Below, piece after piece: positions 1 through 9,316 of a DNA stretch of 55,232 nucleotides; within the stretch, counting starts at the first letter, position 1, and each line of letters opens with the position of its first letter. The stretch comes from an uncultured Alphaproteobacteria bacterium (GTDB taxonomy: Bacteria > Pseudomonadota > Alphaproteobacteria > Methylaequorales > Methylaequoraceae). The position numbers and the translations under genes were made by a program. The notes beneath the pieces are model-generated. The model had not been told where the DNA came from, searched no databases, and saw only the letters and a program-made list of their open reading frames with translations. The DNA is taken from contig CACODD010000004.1 of assembly GCA_902625895.1 (NCBI GenBank), positions 1 through 55,232 on the forward strand. Reading direction: 5' to 3'.

Positions 1-1
1 T

Positions 2-583
2 TTTTTTGTAATAGCGTCTTTAATATTCGTCTTTTCTGTAAATGATATTTCTTATGTAAAAGTTTTTTACAAATCTATTGTCTGGATTGTTTTAATTTTT
101 TCAATCATGCTTGTGTCAGAAAACTTTCTGAATGAGGATTTTAACGACGGAAGTTTAAAAGAACTTCAGTTTCTTGGTTTTAGTGAAGAAAGCATTATCG
201 TATCTAAAAGTGTAGCAATGTGTGTTATGATAATGATTCCAATGCTTTTTTTAGTGCCATTAGTCTTTGTATTCTTTCAAATCACATTACATGAATTAAT
301 AAGTCTCATAATAAACTTATTGCTTGCAACACCTAGTTTAACTTTAATTTCAATACTATCCTCATTGTTTTCAGTTCAACTTAAAAGGAATAAGATTATT
401 CAATTTGTAATTATTTTACCATTTTTCATACCTATGATTATATTTACAACCTCTACTGGAACTTTATTTGAGAACTATAATTTAAAAGAAAATCAATTTT
501 TAATTTTAATTGGGATTTTTTTTATTACATTACCAGTATGCCTAATGGCTGGAAGATTAATTATGAGGGAGATAAATAAGTGA
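2..583 (+). CDS. ccmB: Heme exporter permease CcmB (5'-truncated by window edge)
   Basis: Frame is open from position 2 (FFVIASLIF...). Hydrophobic, with the CcmB-like DFNDGSLKEL and ILPFFIPMIIF segments, directly upstream of ccmC. Confidence 0.85.
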   Translation, partial: FFVIASLIFVFSVNDISYVKVFYKSIVWIVLIFSIMLVSENFLNEDFNDGSLKELQFLGFSEESIIVSKSVAMCVMIMIPMLFLVPLVFVFFQITLHELISLIINLLLATPSLTLISILSSLFSVQLKRNKIIQFVIILPFFIPMIIFTTSTGTLFENYNLKENQFLILIGIFFITLPVCLMAGRLIMREINK

Positions 584-1299
584 TTTTTAATTTAGCAAAC
601 CCGTTGAGGTTTCAAAGATTAATTGAAAAAATTGAACCAATAACATTGAACATTGCAATTATCTTGCTTTTTGTGGGCTTATTTTTTTGCTTCTTTGGGA
701 GTCCTCCAGATTATCTTCAAGGAGAGACTGTTAGGATTATGTATATACATGTTCCATGTGCGTGGTTTTCATTAATGATATATTCAGTTATAGCTTTATG
801 CAGCATTTTTTCGATTGTATTTAAGCATACACTTGCAGATTTAATTTCAAGATCATGTGCACCCATAGGAGCTTGCTTCACTCTAGCTACATTGTTGTCA
901 GGTTCAATTTGGGGGAAACCAACTTGGGGGACATGGTGGGTCTGGGATGCAAGACTTACGTCTGAATTAGTTTTACTTGTTATCTATTTAGGACTAATAA
1001 TTATAAATAATGCTTACGAGGATAAATCAAAGGCTGACAGATACTCGTCAATCTTAGCAATAATAGGTATTATAAATCTTCCAATTATTAAATGGTCTGT
1101 AGATTGGTGGAGCACTCTTCATCAACCAGCCAGCATCTCCAAGTTTTCTTCTCCCTCAATAGATTCATCAATGTTATTACCTTTATTTATAATGACTTTT
1201 TCCTTTTTCTTTTTCTTTATTTCAATTTTATTGGTGAGAGTCAGAGGTGAAATAATACAACGAAAAATTGAAGTTATAAGATTCAACAGGATGGTATAA
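580..1299 (+). CDS. ccmC: Heme exporter protein CcmC
   Basis: WWD motif WGKPTWGTWWVWDARLTS plus conserved His residues in YIHVP and STLHQP. Confidence 0.97.
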   Translation: MIFNLANPLRFQRLIEKIEPITLNIAIILLFVGLFFCFFGSPPDYLQGETVRIMYIHVPCAWFSLMIYSVIALCSIFSIVFKHTLADLISRSCAPIGACFTLATLLSGSIWGKPTWGTWWVWDARLTSELVLLVIYLGLIIINNAYEDKSKADRYSSILAIIGIINLPIIKWSVDWWSTLHQPASISKFSSPSIDSSMLLPLFIMTFSFFFFFISILLVRVRGEIIQRKIEVIRFNRMV

Positions 1300-1469
1300 T
1301 GAATTATTTTGTAAATTTTATTAATTCAGGTGATCATTTTTCATATGTACTTTCATCATATTTGATTGTTTTTTCTATTATTTTATTGATATTCATTTTA
1401 AGCAATTCAAAAACAAAAAAACTAGAGAAAGAGTTTGTTAGTTTGATTAAAAATGAAGAAAAAAAATAA
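1299..1469 (+). CDS. ccmD: Heme exporter protein CcmD (56 aa, not in ORF track)
   Basis: ATG overlaps the ccmC stop (TAATG). Translates to MNYFVNFINSGDHFSYVLSSYLIVFSIILLIFILSNSKTKKLEKEFVSLIKNEEKK: G-x3-YV-x2-SY motif, one TM helix, charged tail, canonical position between ccmC and ccmE. Confidence 0.88.
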   Translation: MNYFVNFINSGDHFSYVLSSYLIVFSIILLIFILSNSKTKKLEKEFVSLIKNEEKK

Positions 1470-1902
1470 AAGATTTATTACTATTTTAATTTCTATGGCG
1501 TTCTTTGCTTTTGGATGTACGATTTTGCTTATCAATTTGAGAGAAAACTTAATTTTTTTTTACTCACCAACCGAAGTTTTTGAAAAACAAATAGAAACGA
1601 CACAAATGATAAGGGTAGGTGGCATGGTGAAAGACGAAAGTTTAGTTAAAAAAATTAAAACAATTGAAGGAAGACAACTTGAAGAAATATCTTTTGTCAT
1701 AACAGATTTTGAAAAAGAACTAGTTATTTCGTATATTGGAATTCTCCCTGATTTGTTTAAAGAAGGACAAGGTGTTGTTGTTGAAGGTTTTTTGAAAAAT
1801 GTTGGTAAGTTTGAAGCGAAAACAGTTTTAGCAAAGCACGATGAAAATTATATGCCACCTGAAATAAATGATATCAAATCAATAAAGGATAAAAAAATAT
1901 GA
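1453..1902 (+). CDS. ccmE: Heme chaperone CcmE
   Basis: IRVGGMV, LPDLFKEGQGVV and heme-binding LAKHDENYMPPE motifs. Confidence 0.97.
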   Translation: MKKKNKRFITILISMAFFAFGCTILLINLRENLIFFYSPTEVFEKQIETTQMIRVGGMVKDESLVKKIKTIEGRQLEEISFVITDFEKELVISYIGILPDLFKEGQGVVVEGFLKNVGKFEAKTVLAKHDENYMPPEINDIKSIKDKKI

Positions 1903-3791
1903 TTTCTGAAATTGGCTTTGTGTTTTTGACATTAACTCTTGTTATTTCAAGCTTCAGCTTCGCTCAACTGATTTATTCACATCTGAGTCCAAAAAATTTT
2001 ACTTTCAATCATTTAAAGGTAACAAACTTAATTTTTTTTTTCACTTTAAGTTCATTCATTTCTTTAACCTATTCTTTTTTAATTTCTGATTTTTCTTTAA
2101 ATGTTGTTTCTCAGAACTCTAATAGCCAACTTCCAATAATTTATAAATTTACTGGCGTCTGGGGAAATCACGAAGGATCAATACTTTTATGGTTATTAGT
2201 AATGACTTTTTTTGGTTTTTTATTTTCCAAAAATAGTTCAGCCACTGAAGAATTTAAAAATAATGTTCTCAAAATTCAAAATAGTTTATGCTTTTTAGTG
2301 GTATCTTTTGTAATTTTTACATCTAATCCATTTGAAAAATCTTTTCCGTATCCAACTGAAGGAGGTGACTTAAATCCACTTTTACAAGATCCAGGACTAG
2401 CTATACATCCGCCTTTCCTTTATCTTGGTTATGTTGGTTTTTCAATAATTTATTCCATATCAGTCGCTGCTTTGTCGGATGGTGTAAAACAATACTTTAT
2501 AAAAATTTTAAAGCCGTGGGTTTTTATATCCTGGATCTTTTTGACATGCGGAATAGGTCTAGGGAGTTGGTGGGCATATTATGAATTAGGATGGGGTGGA
2601 TTTTGGTTTTGGGATCCTGTTGAGAATGCCTCTTTGCTGCCTTGGCTGACTGCCTCCGCACTTCTTCATACAATTGTCGTTGCCGATAAAAAGAAAATCT
2701 TTATAAACTGGACAATTATCCTTTCAATTCTTACATTTATACTTAGTCTGCTCGGGACATTTTTAGTTCGATCTGGTGTTTTGGTTTCTGTCCATGCATT
2801 TGCCAATGATCCAACAAGAGGAGTTTACATTCTTCTTCTTTTAGCTTCTATAAGCTTTTTTGGTATTTTTAAATACATTAACAAAAATATACAATTGAGG
2901 CGCGTAGATATCACCTTGATTTCAAGAGAAGGAATGATTTCTTTGAATAATATTTTCATGCTTTCGTTAACTTTTACAATTTTAGTAGGAACAATTTATC
3001 CATTATTTGCTAGCGTTTTGTTTAACTCAAAAATTTCAGTTGGAGCGCCTTTTTTTAACTCGATACTTATGCCTGTAATGTTTCCTTTTATTGCAGGTAT
3101 GATTATTGGTCCATTTACTAAATGGGGGAAAGATGATCTTATTGTCTTACTAAATAGAATAAAAATCCTTATCTTTTGTTTTTTTATAATTTCACTCTTA
3201 GTGTGGTATCTAAATTATAAAACCCCTATTTTATCTATTATATTTATAGCATTAGGATGTTGGATAATTTTCAGTTCTTTATTTGAAGTCTTTCAGTTCA
3301 TAGATAAAAAGTTAAGAATTCCAAAAAAAATCTTTGCTCAAATCACAGCACATATTGGAATTGGCTTGTTGATTATCGGAGCAACAGGAAGTAGTATTCT
3401 TAAACAAGAAAAAATTCAATTCCAAGAAGTAGGCCAATCATTAAAAATTAAAAACTTTGATGTAGAATTTCTTGGTGTTAAAAAAATAGAAGGACCAAAT
3501 TACATCAGTCAGATGGGTGTTTTTTCAATTAAAAAACAAGGTGAACAAATTAAGATTCTTAGACCAGAGAAAAGGTTTTATAATGCAGGTAAACAAGTAA
3601 CAACTGAAGCGGCTATACATTCAAGTATTTTTGGAGATCTATACATCGCAATAGGAGATGTTCACGAGGATAAAACCAAATGGACTACAAGGATTTGGTT
3701 TAATCCATTCACCATTTGGATATGGATTGGTGTTTTTTTTCTTGCTACGGGTGGTTCACTTTCATTTCTAAATAGTTTATCAAGGAAATAA
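1899..3791 (+). CDS. ccmF: Cytochrome c heme lyase subunit CcmF
   Basis: WGNHEGS, HPPFLYLGY, WAYYELGWGGFWFWDPVENASL and SVHAFA motifs. Confidence 0.97.
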   Translation: MISEIGFVFLTLTLVISSFSFAQLIYSHLSPKNFTFNHLKVTNLIFFFTLSSFISLTYSFLISDFSLNVVSQNSNSQLPIIYKFTGVWGNHEGSILLWLLVMTFFGFLFSKNSSATEEFKNNVLKIQNSLCFLVVSFVIFTSNPFEKSFPYPTEGGDLNPLLQDPGLAIHPPFLYLGYVGFSIIYSISVAALSDGVKQYFIKILKPWVFISWIFLTCGIGLGSWWAYYELGWGGFWFWDPVENASLLPWLTASALLHTIVVADKKKIFINWTIILSILTFILSLLGTFLVRSGVLVSVHAFANDPTRGVYILLLLASISFFGIFKYINKNIQLRRVDITLISREGMISLNNIFMLSLTFTILVGTIYPLFASVLFNSKISVGAPFFNSILMPVMFPFIAGMIIGPFTKWGKDDLIVLLNRIKILIFCFFIISLLVWYLNYKTPILSIIFIALGCWIIFSSLFEVFQFIDKKLRIPKKIFAQITAHIGIGLLIIGATGSSILKQEKIQFQEVGQSLKIKNFDVEFLGVKKIEGPNYISQMGVFSIKKQGEQIKILRPEKRFYNAGKQVTTEAAIHSSIFGDLYIAIGDVHEDKTKWTTRIWFNPFTIWIWIGVFFLATGGSLSFLNSLSRK

Positions 3792-4288
3792 TGAAATATT
3801 TTTTTTTGGTTTTCTTTTTTTTCTGTATCTATATTTTATATGAAGGACTCCAAAAAGATCCAAATTTGGTTCCTTCAAACTTAATTTCGAAAGAGATTCC
3901 TGAATTTTCAATTGAATCTCTTCAAGGAAAAAATTTCACCAATGTTGATCTAGAAAAAAAAGAGGTTGTTATTTTGAATTTTTTTGCATCATGGTGTCCC
4001 CCTTGTAAAATTGAACATCCTCAACTTTTACAATTAAGTAACATCATCCCAGTATTTGGGATTGCAAAAAAGAATAAAAAAAAAGATTTACTCCCATGGT
4101 TGGAAGAACTTGGTAGTCCATATGAAGTAATTGGAATGGATCATAATGGTCTTCAAAGTATAAACTGGGGAGTTTATGGTTTACCTGAAACTTTCATAAT
4201 TCAAGATGGATTAGTAAAGTACAGACATGTAGGTCCAATTATGAAGAGAGATCTTGAAATTTTTAAAAATTTAACAAAAAAAAAATAA
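3791..4288 (+). CDS. ccmG: Thiol:disulfide oxidoreductase CcmG/DsbE
   Basis: N-terminal TM anchor, NFFASWCPPC thioredoxin motif, GVYGLPETF; lies in the ccm operon. Confidence 0.93.
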   Translation: MKYFFLVFFFFCIYILYEGLQKDPNLVPSNLISKEIPEFSIESLQGKNFTNVDLEKKEVVILNFFASWCPPCKIEHPQLLQLSNIIPVFGIAKKNKKKDLLPWLEELGSPYEVIGMDHNGLQSINWGVYGLPETFIIQDGLVKYRHVGPIMKRDLEIFKNLTKKK

Positions 4289-4656
4289 TGATTATTTTTA
4301 TTTTTTTTATGAATATCATTCTATCGGAAGCCGTTGCAATTGAACCTAATGAAATTTTAAAAAACAAAGAATTGGAAGCCCAAGCAAGAGCAATTGGCAA
4401 AGAACTAAGATGCTTAGTTTGTCAAAACGAAGATATTCAGAATTCGAATGCTGATATAGCTAAAGATTTAAGAAAAATTGTCCGGATTAAACTCGAAAAA
4501 GGTGAATCGAAAGAAGAAATAATGAATTTTATTCACTCAAAATATGGTGATTTCGTCCTTTTCTCTCCTCCATTAAGATTCGACACAGCTGGCTTATGGT
4601 TGTTACCAATCTCCTTTTTTATTTTATTAACATTTTACTTTTTTAGAAAAAGATAA
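4288..4656 (+). CDS. ccmH: Cytochrome c biogenesis protein CcmH/CycL
   Basis: LRCLVCQN motif and YGDFVLFSPP. Confidence 0.95.
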   Translation: MIIFIFFMNIILSEAVAIEPNEILKNKELEAQARAIGKELRCLVCQNEDIQNSNADIAKDLRKIVRIKLEKGESKEEIMNFIHSKYGDFVLFSPPLRFDTAGLWLLPISFFILLTFYFFRKR

Positions 4657-5291
4657 TGTTTCTTTGTTTGATTCTTTTTCTGATAATAATAACACTAAGT
4701 GTTTTGTACCTAAACAAATCCCAAAGAAAAACTCTTGGATTTTTTCTTGTCTTTTTGCTTATAACTATTCCTACAACAATAATTTATTTCTCTAAAGGAA
4801 ATCTTGAAACTTTCTTCTTTGAGGAAAAAATAAATAAGATCGTGCAAGAGGGAATAAACGATCCTGAAAATTTTAAGAACATAAGTCCCCAGGTTTTAAT
4901 CATTTTTCTAGAAAAAAAATTAAAAAAAGAACCTAACGATCTTCAAGGTTGGTTAATTCTCTCACGAACCTGTGTATTGAGTGGACACTATCAAAAAGCA
5001 GATAAATATTATAAAAACGCATTAGAGCTTTTTCCAAAAAATGAAAATATCTTACTAGAAATTGCTTTGCTAAAAAAGAAAACCAATCAAACAGAGAGTG
5101 CAGAAAAGTATCTTAGTAGATTAAAAAATCTTTATCCTTCAAATATAAAAGCAAGAGAGTTGCTAATAGAAATTTTTTCTAACAATTATATGCATGTGAA
5201 AGCCATTAAGGAATACAAAGAGCTTGCTATTATTAAAAAAGGAGAAAAAGAATACCTAGAAAGTATAAGAAAAAAATATAACCTAAACTAG
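4656..5291 (+). CDS. TPR protein, CcmI/CycH-like
   Basis: Two TM helices followed by TPR-like helices (PNDLQGWLILSR...YQKADKYYKNALELFP); last gene of the ccm operon. Confidence 0.7.
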   Translation: MFLCLILFLIIITLSVLYLNKSQRKTLGFFLVFLLITIPTTIIYFSKGNLETFFFEEKINKIVQEGINDPENFKNISPQVLIIFLEKKLKKEPNDLQGWLILSRTCVLSGHYQKADKYYKNALELFPKNENILLEIALLKKKTNQTESAEKYLSRLKNLYPSNIKARELLIEIFSNNYMHVKAIKEYKELAIIKKGEKEYLESIRKKYNLN

Positions 5292-6164
5292 TTCTAAATT
5301 TTTAGATCTTTTACTTTTTTTTAAAAAAAAATTGATCATTTCTCTGGTTGCATTTGTTATTCTGAATTTTTTATTACTTAGATGAGTAACTGGTAATATT
5401 TTAATTACTGAATTTGTAACAAACATATCATCGTAAGTTGAAATAGTTTTTTTTTTAATTTCAATTTCGTAAACTTCTTTAAAAAATAATTTAGCATTAT
5501 CAATCACCACTTGTCTCATTATCCCATTAATACCGCTCTTTTTAATTATTGGAGTATAAAGGACTTTATTCTTAGAGAAAAATAAGTTGGTCATTGTACC
5601 GTCAATAATACTTCCTGAACTGTCTAACATGACCCCATCAAAGAATTCATCTTCCTCCCATTCTGATCTAGCCATGACAGAATCAATTCTGTTTAAATGT
5701 TTCAATCCAGCAAGCATTGAATTTTCAAATATTGGAAATTCACAAAATCTTAATTTTACTCCTGTATTAAGAGTTCTTTTATTTATCTCTCTTGATGGAA
5801 AACTCAAAAAGATGACCGTTGGGACGATCTCTTTTTCAAATTTATATCCCCTTCCACCAATTCCTCTTGTAATTACAATTTTAAGGACACCATCCTTAAT
5901 TCCTTTTCTCAAGCATTCATTAAGAATCTTTTCTTTATAATTTGTTAAAATTTCTGTTGGCGGCAATTTTATTTTGGTGATGTCGCAACCTTGTTTTATT
6001 CTTTCTATATGCCTATCCCAGAATTCTACACCTAAAACTTTTTCATCATCTAAATAAGACCAAGACATTGTTTCAAACAAACCATCACCGTATGAAAGAC
6101 CTCTATCAATGACAGAAACATGCTTTGAAAATTCTCCGTTTATCAAAGATATAAAATCACTCAT
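5283..6164 (-). CDS. pabC: 4-amino-4-deoxychorismate lyase (PLP class IV)
   Basis: DRGLSYGDGLFETM, RGIGGRGY and LAGLKHLNR motifs; overlaps pabB. Start at ATG 6164 preferred over 6179. Confidence 0.9.
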   Translation of the reverse strand: MSDFISLINGEFSKHVSVIDRGLSYGDGLFETMSWSYLDDEKVLGVEFWDRHIERIKQGCDITKIKLPPTEILTNYKEKILNECLRKGIKDGVLKIVITRGIGGRGYKFEKEIVPTVIFLSFPSREINKRTLNTGVKLRFCEFPIFENSMLAGLKHLNRIDSVMARSEWEEDEFFDGVMLDSSGSIIDGTMTNLFFSKNKVLYTPIIKKSGINGIMRQVVIDNAKLFFKEVYEIEIKKKTISTYDDMFVTNSVIKILPVTHLSNKKFRITNATREMINFFLKKSKRSKNLELV

Positions 6165-7557
6165 CTTTAAATGACCCAACTGCTTTCAGCATACCATTGG
6201 CTTTTGCTTCTGTTTCAAGTGTTTCATTTTGTGGAATTGAATCTGCAACGATTCCTCCTCCAGCTCTAAAAAAGAGATCATTACTTTCTTTCAAAATTGT
6301 TCTTATTAGAATGTTTATATCCATATTTCCATTATGAGTGACGTATCCAAATGATCCTGTGTAAGGACCTCTTCCTTCCTTTTCTAATTCTGCAAGTATT
6401 TCCATACATCTTACTTTTGGACAACCTGTAATTGTTCCACCTGGAAAAACTGATTTTATAATTTCGCCAGGATTTATATTTTTTCTTTTTTTGCCACTTA
6501 TATTAGAAACGATATGATGAACATGCGCATACGTCTCTATGCTCATCATTTCGTCAACTTTTACACTTCCTGGTTCGCAAACTTTTGAAATGTCATTTCT
6601 TTCTAGATCAACTAACATCAAATGCTCAGCTTTCTCTTTATCCGAATTAATTAACTCCCTAGTTAGCTCAACATCAACAATACCAGACGTCCCCCTTGGT
6701 CTTGTTCCGGCAATAGGTCTAGTCTGCAAATGATCCCCAAAAATAGATATTAATCTTTCAGGGGAGGAGCTAATAATTGAGCTCTTCTTATATCTTACTA
6801 TTCCTGCAAATGGGGCCGGATTTTTTTCCCTAAGTTTCCTGTAAATGTCGATATCTGTTAATTCTTCATCTACCTTAAACCTCCATAATCTTGATAAATT
6901 TGCCTGAAAAATCTCACCTTGATAAATGTAATCAATACATGACTTAACTTGCGTTTGATGTTCAATTGAAGTTCCTTTTGAATAAATCTTAACCGAGCCT
7001 TTGGAGCTAAAATTTGCATGTGAAAATTTTGATTTATCTAAATCGCTTAAAATATCGTTGAAATCTTGAGAAAATAATTTTTTATCACTTGTCAAAATTA
7101 GAATTTTTTTAACGTGATCATAAATAATTGACGTATTTACCCTGGCTGCAAAAGCATCTGGTAAAACATAAGGGGACGATGGTATAACAATTTTTTTTTC
7201 AATTTCTTTTGCAATTTCATAACCTAGGTAAACAAACCATCCCCCATAAAATGGGATTTGATTACCTTTGTATATCATTTCGTCCTGTTCAACTTTATTT
7301 TTATCCCAAAGTTTGTCAAATTCATTTAGAAAATGGATATTGGCTGAATTTTTGACTAATAAGACTTCGGGTTTATAAAAAACAATTGAATATCGGTTTA
7401 AATCATTACCTCTTGAAGAACTTTCCAAAAAATACGGATATTTATTGGGATTCATTTCAACTAAATTCAAAAGATCAAAATTTTCTGTTTCTTCTAACTC
7501 TATTGCAATACCATTCCAACCTTTACCTTTAATTTTTTTTGATCTATTTCTGTTCAT
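6157..7557 (-). CDS. pabB: Aminodeoxychorismate synthase component I
   Basis: Chorismate-binding fold: [46 protein letters not shown]; adjacent to pabC. ATG at 7557 preferred. Confidence 0.88.
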   Translation of the reverse strand: MNRNRSKKIKGKGWNGIAIELEETENFDLLNLVEMNPNKYPYFLESSSRGNDLNRYSIVFYKPEVLLVKNSANIHFLNEFDKLWDKNKVEQDEMIYKGNQIPFYGGWFVYLGYEIAKEIEKKIVIPSSPYVLPDAFAARVNTSIIYDHVKKILILTSDKKLFSQDFNDILSDLDKSKFSHANFSSKGSVKIYSKGTSIEHQTQVKSCIDYIYQGEIFQANLSRLWRFKVDEELTDIDIYRKLREKNPAPFAGIVRYKKSSIISSSPERLISIFGDHLQTRPIAGTRPRGTSGIVDVELTRELINSDKEKAEHLMLVDLERNDISKVCEPGSVKVDEMMSIETYAHVHHIVSNISGKKRKNINPGEIIKSVFPGGTITGCPKVRCMEILAELEKEGRGPYTGSFGYVTHNGNMDINILIRTILKESNDLFFRAGGGIVADSIPQNETLETEAKANGMLKAVGSFKDE

Positions 7558-7566
7558 AAATTTTTG

Positions 7567-7596
7567 TTGCAATTAATTTTTTTATTATTATATGCT
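7567..7596 (+). promoter_or_regulatory. Putative sigma70 promoter for the FAD oxidoreductase
   Basis: TTGCAA-N18-TATGCT upstream of 7635; the AT-rich background lowers specificity. Confidence 0.3.
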
Positions 7597-7634
7597 AGTC
7601 TTATAATAATATAGACTTTTAATACAAAAAAAAA

Positions 7635-8915
7635 ATGTATCATACAATTGTTATTGGTGGAGGATGCTTAGGCGCTGCAGCCGCTATTTCTCTCCAAAGA
7701 AAACTGAATAAACTCGGCAAAGGTGATAAAGTTTGCTTAGTAGAAAAAGCCGTTCTATGCGCAGCCGAGTCCTCTAGACATTCAGGTATTGTTAGGTCAG
7801 CAAATGCAGATCCTGATGCATCTATTATGGCATCCATGAGTTCTAAAATGTGGAAAAAACTCTCTTCGGTCTGGGGACTAGATATGGAGATAGATGAATT
7901 TGGTGCTATTTGGATAGCAAAGAAAAATTCAGACGGAGAAAACCCCGCATGGTCTGAACTATCCGACCGAATGAGCAAAATTCAATTAGTCTTCGAAGAA
8001 ATTGATACAAATTCAGCCACTCTAAAATGCGGTGAAACTTTACTTACAGACGAAAATGAATCGTATTTTTACGAACCAGCAGCATTTCAGTTAGATCCGA
8101 GCATTCTTCGGTCAACTCTTTACGATGCAATAGATGAGAATGGTGTCGTCTTAATGGAAAAAACTGAGGTTGATACGATTTTAACCAAAGGTAAAGAAAT
8201 AATAGGCATCACAACTAATAATGGAAAACTGGACGCTAAAAATTTTGTTAATGCAACTGGAGCCTGGAGCTCACAATTATTTTCAAAGATAGGGTTAAAA
8301 ATACCAGTCACAATTGAACCTGTTTCAGTTGTAAATTGGATGGAAAGCCCAAAACAGATTAGATACGAATATCCAATAGTAGCAGACTATACTAACCTTT
8401 GTTATTTCAGATCATGGAGAGGGAATAAAATGCATGCACACCAACCAAGGAAGAGATCTGTATATGAAATTGCTAAAAATTTTTTAAACGATCTTACATC
8501 CGTAAATGGTGGTGAATACCTTAATGAACCAATGAATCAGTCTCTTGCATATAACCAAATAAAAAATTATGAAGATATTTCAAAAAAAAGATTCTCGAAT
8601 ATCGATAAAACAGTATACGCTTCCGGTTACAGATCATTCTTCGATATTACACCAGACTTAAGGTTTATTTTAGGTAAAGACAGTAAATTCAATAATCTCT
8701 TCCATAATTTGGGATCAGGCCAAGCCATGAAGTATTGCCCAGTTTTAGGAGAAAGCATTGCAGAAGAAATTCTTAACGAATCAGATGTCACTGGAAAATT
8801 TGACTATAAAAAATTTAACATCAACAGATTCAGTGATGATTATATGAAGGACTTCTGGAACCTCGTTCAGGGAGAGGAAAACACACTCCATCGACAAGGT
8901 AAAAATACACTTTAA
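7635..8915 (+). CDS. FAD-dependent oxidoreductase, DAO/sarcosine-oxidase-beta family
   Basis: IVIGGGCLG Rossmann motif, ESSRHSGIVR, VNATGAWS and DITPDLRFILG. Confidence 0.85.
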   Translation: MYHTIVIGGGCLGAAAAISLQRKLNKLGKGDKVCLVEKAVLCAAESSRHSGIVRSANADPDASIMASMSSKMWKKLSSVWGLDMEIDEFGAIWIAKKNSDGENPAWSELSDRMSKIQLVFEEIDTNSATLKCGETLLTDENESYFYEPAAFQLDPSILRSTLYDAIDENGVVLMEKTEVDTILTKGKEIIGITTNNGKLDAKNFVNATGAWSSQLFSKIGLKIPVTIEPVSVVNWMESPKQIRYEYPIVADYTNLCYFRSWRGNKMHAHQPRKRSVYEIAKNFLNDLTSVNGGEYLNEPMNQSLAYNQIKNYEDISKKRFSNIDKTVYASGYRSFFDITPDLRFILGKDSKFNNLFHNLGSGQAMKYCPVLGESIAEEILNESDVTGKFDYKKFNINRFSDDYMKDFWNLVQGEENTLHRQGKNTL

Positions 8916-9310
8916 TCATCTTCGTTTGATAGAGAAGTAACAACATTTAAATTTCTCCAAAAATCTTCACTTTTTAAGTTTATATCATTCAATCTCATTA
9001 GCAAACTCCTCACAATTGCTCGAACCACAGGGTCTGCTTCCTTAAGTTTTTGTTTTAAATTTTTTTCATCTATTGGATACAAAATACAGTTTGAATCTGC
9101 TTCTGCTGTTACTGATCTAGATTCGTCTAATGAAGGTCCTCTTTCTCCAAAAATTTCTCCTTCTCCAATTTTTCCAAGTAAAAGACCACCAGGACTATAA
9201 ATATTAACACGTCCAGAATGAACATAATAAGCAAAATGGGCTGTATCACCTTTAGTGTATATTTTTTTTCCTTTACTAAATTTGAGTTGATTGATTCCTA
9301 TTTTTTTCAT
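8912..9310 (-). CDS. Stand-alone cyclic-nucleotide-binding domain protein
   Basis: KFSKGKKIYTKGD, YYVHSGRV, GEIFGE...RSVTAEA phosphate-binding cassette and a C-helix; no HTH domain. Confidence 0.88.
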   Translation of the reverse strand: MKKIGINQLKFSKGKKIYTKGDTAHFAYYVHSGRVNIYSPGGLLLGKIGEGEIFGERGPSLDESRSVTAEADSNCILYPIDEKNLKQKLKEADPVVRAIVRSLLMRLNDINLKSEDFWRNLNVVTSLSNEDD

Positions 9311-9316
9311 CCCGAC

